From Pseudomonadota bacterium (GTDB taxonomy: Bacteria > Myxococcota_A > UBA9042 > GCA-2863065): DNA of 64,000 nt. Where the stretch lies: NCBI GenBank assembly GCA_005776585.1, contig SXOX01000036.1, positions 1,176 to 65,175 on the forward strand, written 5' to 3'. The notes under the pieces were generated by a model that was given only the letters and a program-made list of their open reading frames with translations, searched no databases and was not told where the DNA came from. Shown in pieces: positions 57,487 through 64,000 of this stretch (its first letter is position 1; each line of letters opens with the position of its first letter). The translations under genes and the position numbers were made by a program.

Positions 57487-58313
57487 TCCAGGAAGCGCTG
57501 TCCGGGGTTCTTGCTCTGCCACTCCCGAATGGCCGCCGACGCATCCCGCCGCTGGCCCGGAGCGAGCGGACAGTGCGGGGCTCCAGCCCGGTCTCGCGGC
57601 ACCGGGGAGCGCGGCGTAGACTCCGATGGAGGGGTCCCATTCGCGGTCGGCGGAGACTCCGTGGGGGTGTCGCCGGCGTTCCCGGCGCTGCCGGCGCTCG
57701 TGGGAGAGGTGCCGGGTGCCGTCCCGCCCGACGGAAGGGCGAGCGTGTCACGGCCGGAGCCGCTCGCCGGTGGCGCATCCGTCGGAGCGGCGTCGAGGGC
57801 GGACTCGCGGTCCTCGATGGGCCCGCGGAAGCGCAGCGTCTGCCGGCGCCCACGCCCGGGACCCACGTAGATCTCCGACGTCCGATGGCGCGGGTCGAGC
57901 TTCAGCCGCTCGATCGTCTCCTCGGTGTGGCGCACGTCGAGGCCGACCTTGTGCTGTGCGACCGCGTACCGCCGCCGGCCGAACCGCCGCCCGGTCTCCC
58001 GCTCCAACCCGGAGTAGAACTCGGCGACCTGCTCCTCGGAGGCGTCGAGCTCGAACTCAATCGCCTCATGCGTCCGCCGCAGGAGCACGAGCCCGCGGGG
58101 GACCTCGAAGCTCTGGATGAGCGCCTCGGCGGGCAACAGGTGGCCTTGCTCGTCGACCGTGCGCAGCAGATCGACGGCCGGTCCCGGGGGCGGTGCCGGC
58201 GCGATGCTGGCGAGGACCGATGACGGCGCCGCGGGCGGTGCTGGAGTCGGCTCCGCACCCGCGCAACCGAGCAACACGACCCCGAAGAGGACGATGGGCG
58301 CTCGTGGGCTCAC
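57483..58313 (-). CDS. Lipoprotein coupled to pilY1
   Basis: GTGA overlap with the pilY1 stop; lipobox LLGC; Pro-rich tail. Confidence 0.65.
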   Translation of the reverse strand: MSPRAPIVLFGVVLLGCAGAEPTPAPPAAPSSVLASIAPAPPPGPAVDLLRTVDEQGHLLPAEALIQSFEVPRGLVLLRRTHEAIEFELDASEEQVAEFYSGLERETGRRFGRRRYAVAQHKVGLDVRHTEETIERLKLDPRHRTSEIYVGPGRGRRQTLRFRGPIEDRESALDAAPTDAPPASGSGRDTLALPSGGTAPGTSPTSAGSAGNAGDTPTESPPTANGTPPSESTPRSPVPRDRAGAPHCPLAPGQRRDASAAIREWQSKNPGQRFLD

Positions 58314-61300
58314 AGGTTCTGGATGTGGCCCCAGCCCACGCCGACGACCTGCTTCGGCGGCTTGGTGAGCTGTCGCGCGATCTTGTTGACCGCCGGCGGG
58401 ACGTTCGGGTTGGCGGGCAGTGCCCCCGCGTCCGACTTGCCGAACGAGCCGGTCTGCACGACGAGCTCGGTCGTGCCACCCTTGCTTCCCTTGAGCGCCG
58501 AATTCGAGCCACCCGCGCCCGCCGCTTGCGAGACGCCGGAGTCCCCGGAGCACGCGGGCCGGGAGATGAGCGACAAGCCGTAGGGCACGACGTCGGGGAT
58601 CTCGATCTTCTCGCCGAAGTCGGCCGTGTTCAGCGGGATGGGCTTGAGCGGGAACTTGCCCACCGGCTCCTTCGTCCCCGCCTTGGACTTCAGGAAGTCG
58701 AGCCCCCACACGCGCCCCGTGCCGCCCTGGCACGCGTCGGTCGCGTCAGGCTGGAAGCTCGTGAAGTAGGCGACGTTGCCGTAGATGAGGGGCTTGCTCG
58801 TGAGGCTCTCGCCGACCTCGAGCACCTTCTTCCACAGCACCTCATTGGTGGTCGCGGTGACGACGCCCGCGTCCGTGATGGTCATCTTCTCCTTGACGGA
58901 GAAGACCATCGCTCGCTGCGCGGGGTCGGTCGCGTATTCGAGGTCGCCCGTGCCCATGACCACCACGAGCTGGCCGCGCTGCGGGACCGGGGACATCGAC
59001 GGCTCCGACTTGAGCGGCGAGCGGGCGGTCGAGCCAAGCCCCGAGCCGTCGTTCTCGAAGTAGGGGTCGAAGAAGAAGTTCATCGTCCACTTCAGCGGGT
59101 CGGGGTCGGACACGTCGATGCGCCAGAGCTGCCCGCCTTTGTCACCCACGAAGATCCGGGTGACGAAGGTGCCGATGAACGTATTGTAGACGGCCGGATC
59201 GCCGACGATCGTGAAGTCGAGCGTGTCCTCGACGTTGTCCGGCGCTCCGCTCTTGTCCTTGACGGTGCCGTTGCCATTGCGGAACTCGCGGATCTTGTCG
59301 CCGTTGTCGAGCCGCGTGACCATGAAGCACTTGCCGGACTCGACCTCGCCCGTCGCAGCGTCCGCCTCGCCGCACGCGGTGAAGACGGCCGCGACCTCCT
59401 CGAGGACGTTGGTCGTCTCGTTTCGGATGAACACGGTCCCGATCTTGGGCTTGCCGTGCGTGTAGCCGAGGTTCCGGTAGTCGTGGCGATCCGAATCGTC
59501 GTAGGGCTTGCACGAGATCGATCCGCTGGAGTCCACGCCATCGTTCCAGCAGTGGCGCGTGTTGCTGATCTCCCAGCGCACCCACGGCTTGAGCGGGTTG
59601 GTCACGTCCAGCGCGAACAGCCCGCGCCCGCCTTGCCGGAACGGCACGACGAGCACCGACCGCCACAGCTTGACCTCCTCGGCGATGCTCAGCGTGGCGT
59701 TCGACCGCACGAGCCGGATGTCCTTGAGGACCGGCGGCCCATCGAGGAGCACCTCCGGCTTCGTCACGAGCTTCCACGCCCGCGTGGCCGCCTGCTCCGG
59801 CGCGATGGCCCACAGCTCTTGCAGCCACTTGAGCTCCGCCGAGAGACCTCCGGCTGGCTGGCTCATGTGGACGGCGTGAACGAAGCCCTCGTGGGTCGAG
59901 AAGTACGCGACGGTCGGACGCGTCTCGATGGACTTCTGATAGGCCTTGAACGACGGGATGGCGACGTCCATCGTCGAGAGGTTGGACTGGACCACCGGCG
60001 TCGAGTGCTGAATGGCACCGAGCGGCTCCTTGACGCGCCGCGAGCCGGCCTTGCCGTAGAGCAGCTTGATCAGGTCGCTCGTGAACGTGGCGCGCACGGC
60101 CGGATCGGAGGCGTCGCCCAGACTGTTGCCACTGACCTGGTAGAGGTTGTCCTTGTAGACCGGCTCGACGTCGGGCAGCGTACCCGTCACCGGGACGGCG
60201 AGCTTCTCCGGCGTCACGGTCGTGCTAGCCGCGAGGGCCTCCATCTTGCCGTCGATGGTCACAAACAGCTTGCGATCGGTCTGATTCGGCAGCTTGGCGC
60301 GCAGGTCGGTGACCTCACACGGTCCCGCGCTGCCGGTCACCTTGTTGCGGCACGTCGCGTCACAGCGGTAGGAGGTGACCTCCATGTAGCCAGCGAGGTC
60401 GACGTCACTCCAGCGCGCGGCGCCATACGCCGTGTTGATCTGGTACTGGAGGTCCGTGGCCGAGCCCGTCACGTCCGTCGCCACGACGTCAGTGCGCGAG
60501 AAGATGCCCGGCGTGGCCTTCTGAAGGACGTTCGAGAGTGCGGTCTTGAGCGTGTTGATGTTGCTCGCAATGAACGCTTCGCCGGTGCCGCCGGCCTTGG
60601 CGATGGCGTTGACGGCGTTTGTCGTCGACGCATCGATGTTGAAGCCGACGACATAGACGCGGAAGCCACGCTTGTAGAGCTCCTCGGCGGCCTTCTCGCT
60701 CGACGGATAGCCCCACAGCTTCTCGCCCAGCGTGGGCCGGCCGTCGGTGACCAGCACGACGTGCTTCGGGCGGCACATTGCGTACGGATCGCCGTTGGGG
60801 TTGGCGAGCGTCTTGCGCTGGAAGTTGGGGTGCGTGTCGAAGAGACGGCGCACGTCATCGAGCGCGGGCGCGATGGGCGTACCGCCGAAGGGGATCATGG
60901 CCTCGACCGCCGCCTTGACGGCCGTAGCGTTGCTCTCGAGCGCGAGCGCGTCGTCCGCGGCGCTGGGCACGATGAGGCCACCGAAGGGCGAGCTCTCGTG
61001 GCGAATGCCGAGGTTGACGGGGCCGATGCCAGCGACGGTCGTCTCGTCGGTGCCCCAGGACCAATCGCCGGTGCCATCGGTGGCAGACGACGGCACCGTA
61101 TCGAAGGTGGCAAAGCCGAACTTCACGCGACCCTTGTAGGTATCGAGGAGGCCGTCGGTCTCCTGCGTCGAGTACTTGGGGACGAACCACGCGACGGGGT
61201 AGCCGAAGTCGAAGCGACCGTTGGGGCGCGGTACGTCCTGACACCAGTAGTCGTTGTAGGTGCCGGAAAAGACCTGCTTGGCCGTGATGTCGCGGCTCGA

Positions 61301-61519
61301 GCCGTACAACAGCCCGGGCGTGGCGGTCGCATCCGGCGAGCAGTTCGGCACGACCTGATCCTTGTCGGCGTAGGACATCGAGCCCGAGGTGTCCATGACG
61401 ATGAAGACGACGGGCGTGACCGAGCTGGCAGCGGTGCCTGGCGCGCCGGCGGCCGTGGCGTTCGTGTGCACGAGCACGAGCGCAATGGAGACCGTGGAGG
61501 CAGATACCGAGCGTCTCAT
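58310..61519 (-). CDS. pilY1: PilY1/PilC-type pilus adhesin (VWA + beta-propeller)
   Basis: Signal peptide; MIDAS DTSGSM, GGTP, LVTDG; LGAIQHSTP, GFVHA, ELWAI, LFALDVTNP, GDKGGQLWRID and GTGD. Confidence 0.92.
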   Translation of the reverse strand: MRRSVSASTVSIALVLVHTNATAAGAPGTAASSVTPVVFIVMDTSGSMSYADKDQVVPNCSPDATATPGLLYGSSRDITAKQVFSGTYNDYWCQDVPRPNGRFDFGYPVAWFVPKYSTQETDGLLDTYKGRVKFGFATFDTVPSSATDGTGDWSWGTDETTVAGIGPVNLGIRHESSPFGGLIVPSAADDALALESNATAVKAAVEAMIPFGGTPIAPALDDVRRLFDTHPNFQRKTLANPNGDPYAMCRPKHVVLVTDGRPTLGEKLWGYPSSEKAAEELYKRGFRVYVVGFNIDASTTNAVNAIAKAGGTGEAFIASNINTLKTALSNVLQKATPGIFSRTDVVATDVTGSATDLQYQINTAYGAARWSDVDLAGYMEVTSYRCDATCRNKVTGSAGPCEVTDLRAKLPNQTDRKLFVTIDGKMEALAASTTVTPEKLAVPVTGTLPDVEPVYKDNLYQVSGNSLGDASDPAVRATFTSDLIKLLYGKAGSRRVKEPLGAIQHSTPVVQSNLSTMDVAIPSFKAYQKSIETRPTVAYFSTHEGFVHAVHMSQPAGGLSAELKWLQELWAIAPEQAATRAWKLVTKPEVLLDGPPVLKDIRLVRSNATLSIAEEVKLWRSVLVVPFRQGGRGLFALDVTNPLKPWVRWEISNTRHCWNDGVDSSGSISCKPYDDSDRHDYRNLGYTHGKPKIGTVFIRNETTNVLEEVAAVFTACGEADAATGEVESGKCFMVTRLDNGDKIREFRNGNGTVKDKSGAPDNVEDTLDFTIVGDPAVYNTFIGTFVTRIFVGDKGGQLWRIDVSDPDPLKWTMNFFFDPYFENDGSGLGSTARSPLKSEPSMSPVPQRGQLVVVMGTGDLEYATDPAQRAMVFSVKEKMTITDAGVVTATTNEVLWKKVLEVGESLTSKPLIYGNVAYFTSFQPDATDACQGGTGRVWGLDFLKSKAGTKEPVGKFPLKPIPLNTADFGEKIEIPDVVPYGLSLISRPACSGDSGVSQAAGAGGSNSALKGSKGGTTELVVQTGSFGKSDAGALPANPNVPPAVNKIARQLTKPPKQVVGVGWGHIQNL

Positions 61520-62094
61520 TGACCGCCTCCGTTCACGATATAGGGCCCGACGTAGGTGTAGGCGACAAACGATCGCTGGCTGTTGCGCAGCACCGTCCCG
61601 GGCGTCCCTGCATCGACGGACCCATCGCCGTAGGTGCCCGTCGTAATCATCCGATAGCGCTTCCAGATGAACTGGTCGTTGACCGGGTAGCCCGGAACGC
61701 GATTGGTATCGACCGGCTGCGAGAGCACCGTCTGGACATTGACGCCGCCGACACCGGCGAGGTCGCGCCCGAAGGAGCCGTTGGCGGTGAGGTCGAACGT
61801 GGCATTCGGGAGGTCGCTGAGCTTGATCGTGTTCTGGTTGGCCAGAACGAAGGCCGGGAACGCGTCGCCGCGCGAGACGGCCATCGCGAGCACGCTCATG
61901 AGCCCGGTATCGGTGATCCGCCCCGCGGCTTCGCTCGAGCGGAAGAGGCCGACCTGACTGTGCTCGGACACGACACCGCGCACCGCGATGAAGCCGACGC
62001 CCGCGAGCACGACGATGACCATGAGCGCGACCACGATCAGCATACCCTTGGGCTGGCTTCGAAACGCAGTGGACCGTGACGGCAGCGTCGCCAT
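61516..62094 (-). CDS. pilX: PilX-like minor pilin
   Basis: KG|MLIVVALMVIVVL with no Glu5, as is typical of PilX/GspK; C-terminal YRMITTG; located before pilY1. Confidence 0.7.
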   Translation of the reverse strand: MATLPSRSTAFRSQPKGMLIVVALMVIVVLAGVGFIAVRGVVSEHSQVGLFRSSEAAGRITDTGLMSVLAMAVSRGDAFPAFVLANQNTIKLSDLPNATFDLTANGSFGRDLAGVGGVNVQTVLSQPVDTNRVPGYPVNDQFIWKRYRMITTGTYGDGSVDAGTPGTVLRNSQRSFVAYTYVGPYIVNGGGQ

Positions 62095-62096
62095 GG

Positions 62097-63266
62097 CTAG
62101 ATCCCCTTCTTCACGTTGCGCATGGCCAACGTGCTGAACATGACCTTGCTCGTCATCGTCTGCGTGCGGCACGCGCCGCGCAGCCGATTGGTGCTGTCGG
62201 TGTCGAGGTCGAACGATTGGATCGGCACCGTGAGGCTGCCCCGAACGATCGGGTCGAGGTCTTGATCCTCGTCGGCCGTGCGCACGGTGAGCTTGATGGT
62301 CGCGGCCCGAAGATCCTGCGGGCGGGCGGTACTGTCCGCGTCGTTGCCGAGCCAGCCTCCGCCGGGACGCACGATCGTGTCGCTGGTCGTGGGCACAAAC
62401 GACAACGTGGGCTTGATGCCGCTGAGGTCCTCGTCGAACGTGTAGTCGAACAGCTCGAGATCCACGACGTACTCGGCGATGACGAGCCGCGTGCCGGCGA
62501 CCGGGGTGACGCCGTCGATCTCGACCTCCTCGCGCACGAGATCGGTCTTGGTCCCATCGGCCGGCGCACCAGGACGAATGTCGGAGACGATGACGTAGCG
62601 AACGAAGTGCGCCGAGTTGACCTCGAGCCCCTCGCCAAATCCCTGTACGCCGCACACCTGAGTGCCGGAGCGAACGGGCGGCGCGGTCTCGAGCGTGATC
62701 TTGCCCTGCGCGTAGTTCACGCCCGCAATGGGGATCAGCATCTCGTACTGGTCCTTGTCGAGCATGCGGAGATAGCGGCGCTTGCCGCCCATGAACGCGC
62801 GCTCGAACTCGGTCTGGTTGAGCTGGGCCTGAAATCCCGCCTGGAGGGTGACCTCGGTGCCGACGACGCTCTGGGTGTAGAAGACCTGCCCGCTCCCCGA
62901 ATAGTCGCCGAACAGCACGACCGCGGACGGCGTGATGTTGGGGTTGGTCACGCCGAGGGCGGGGACCGGAAACGCGCCCGTGTGCTCCACGGTCACGGCC
63001 CGCACCTTGAACGGCGGCTTCAGGCAGAGGTTGCCGTCGACCGCGGAGTTGGCCGTCCCGTTGAAGCCCGCGTTCTGGAGGTCGACGCGCATGTGATCGA
63101 GGCCAAAGCGCAGCTGGGCCTGCATGTCGAGCGACAAGGTTTGGGACCGATAGGCGCGCGTCGCACGAACGTAGACCGTATACACGATGCCGATGAGCGT
63201 GACCGCCACAGCCGTTGCGACGAGCAGCTCGAAGAGGGTGAAGCCGCGGGGACCGCGCGCGCTCAT
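62097..63266 (-). CDS. pilW: PilW-like minor pilin
   Basis: RG|FTLFELLVA, DLQNAGF and IAEYVVDLE. Confidence 0.85.
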   Translation of the reverse strand: MSARGPRGFTLFELLVATAVAVTLIGIVYTVYVRATRAYRSQTLSLDMQAQLRFGLDHMRVDLQNAGFNGTANSAVDGNLCLKPPFKVRAVTVEHTGAFPVPALGVTNPNITPSAVVLFGDYSGSGQVFYTQSVVGTEVTLQAGFQAQLNQTEFERAFMGGKRRYLRMLDKDQYEMLIPIAGVNYAQGKITLETAPPVRSGTQVCGVQGFGEGLEVNSAHFVRYVIVSDIRPGAPADGTKTDLVREEVEIDGVTPVAGTRLVIAEYVVDLELFDYTFDEDLSGIKPTLSFVPTTSDTIVRPGGGWLGNDADSTARPQDLRAATIKLTVRTADEDQDLDPIVRGSLTVPIQSFDLDTDSTNRLRGACRTQTMTSKVMFSTLAMRNVKKGI

Positions 63267-63922
63267 GACGCGACCTGCTTCAAGAACACGTTGCGCATGA
63301 GCACGACGGGCACCGTGATCGAGGAGGTCTCGTGGACCCGATCCCACGGCGCGACGGTGTCTGCCGGATTGCACTGCGAGAGCTGCTGATAGTCCGCGTG
63401 ATCGCGGAGCCAGGTGATCCGGACGTCCGCGCGCAGCATCAGATCGGAGGTGACCCACGTCAGCCGATAGAAGACGCAGTAGGACGCGTTGATCGCCTGA
63501 CCGTTCGGCAGCGTATACTGTTGAATGATGCCGCTGTCATAGGTCGCGTCGTTGCCGACGGGGGTCACGAGGCTGTCAGCACCCGTCGCGCCATTGGAGT
63601 AGGCTAGGAGCCACGCCGACTGCGAGCCCTCCGTCGTGTCCAGCGGCGCGTTCTTCAGGAACTTGAGCTGGAGCTGACTCTGGAGCGTGGCCACGTCCGG
63701 CGACCACTGGAGGGCCTCGAGGCGGAGCGTCTGCGCGACGTGGTCGGCGAGGTTGATGGCGCCCTGCGTCGCGCGGCTGTCGGATGCGGACTTGACCGTG
63801 CCGATCTGGAGCCGCAGGAGCGCGATGAAGCCCAGGACCGTAATCATGATGACGATGAGCAGCTCGACCATGGTGAAGCCCGTGGCGGTGGGGCGGGACC
63901 CGGTGCGAGGCTGCGTGCTCAT
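63263..63922 (-). CDS. pilV: PilV-like minor pilin
   Basis: TG|FTMVELLIVIMITVLGFIALLRLQ and DVRITW. Confidence 0.85.
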   Translation of the reverse strand: MSTQPRTGSRPTATGFTMVELLIVIMITVLGFIALLRLQIGTVKSASDSRATQGAINLADHVAQTLRLEALQWSPDVATLQSQLQLKFLKNAPLDTTEGSQSAWLLAYSNGATGADSLVTPVGNDATYDSGIIQQYTLPNGQAINASYCVFYRLTWVTSDLMLRADVRITWLRDHADYQQLSQCNPADTVAPWDRVHETSSITVPVVLMRNVFLKQVAS

Positions 63923-63999
63923 TGGGCGTGCTCGAACCGTGGGAGGCCCTGGTAGGAGACGATGATCCGGTGGGTCGTATCCACCGGAGTGGAGCCATC
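63919..63999 (-). CDS. 3' end of the upstream gene, probably a FimU/FimT-like pilin (partial)
   Basis: DGSTPVDTTHRIIVSYQGLPRFEHAQ*, with an ATGA overlap onto the pilV start. Confidence 0.5.
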   Translation of the reverse strand, partial: DGSTPVDTTHRIIVSYQGLPRFEHAQ

Positions 64000-64000
64000 G

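Overview
GC-rich bacterial window. Cys-rich and EGF-repeat lipoproteins, a Hanks kinase, FHA proteins and a PilY1/minor-pilin cluster point to Myxococcota or a related deltaproteobacterium (inference). Layout: (1) 1-24 kb: a TPR-Ser/Thr kinase, two lipoproteins and a co-oriented contractile injection system (eCIS/CIS). The CIS encodes a cap, two sheaths, two tubes, a tail chaperone with a probable -1 frameshift extension, a 1806-aa low-complexity protein, a LysM tube initiator, a gp27-like hub, gp25, baseplate J, a PASTA-fused wedge protein, a short fibre-like protein and an FHA protein. No gp5/gpV spike, PAAR, AAA+ ATPase, recognisable toxin or lysis gene is visible. (2) 24-32 kb: a B12 radical SAM enzyme, two paralogous lipoproteins (one with 18 four-Cys repeats) and a rhomboid protease. 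(3) 32-41 kb: a glutathionylspermidine-synthase-like ATP-grasp/DUF350 cluster with three Fe(II) dioxygenase-like genes and a small Cys-rich secreted peptide. (4) 41-48 kb: a VWA-FHA protein, an arsenic operon with a palindromic operator, and two pseudogenes. (5) 48-57 kb: rpmH-rnpA-yidD-yidC-jag followed by a degenerate PP2C, then MscS-cNMP, GT2, a deacetylase and tRNA-Arg(CCG). (6) 57-64 kb: a type IV minor pilin/PilY1 operon. The best candidate for an undescribed system is the apparently spike-less, PASTA- and glycine-zipper-decorated, kinase/FHA-flanked CIS. All family calls come from motif recognition by eye; no database searches were run.
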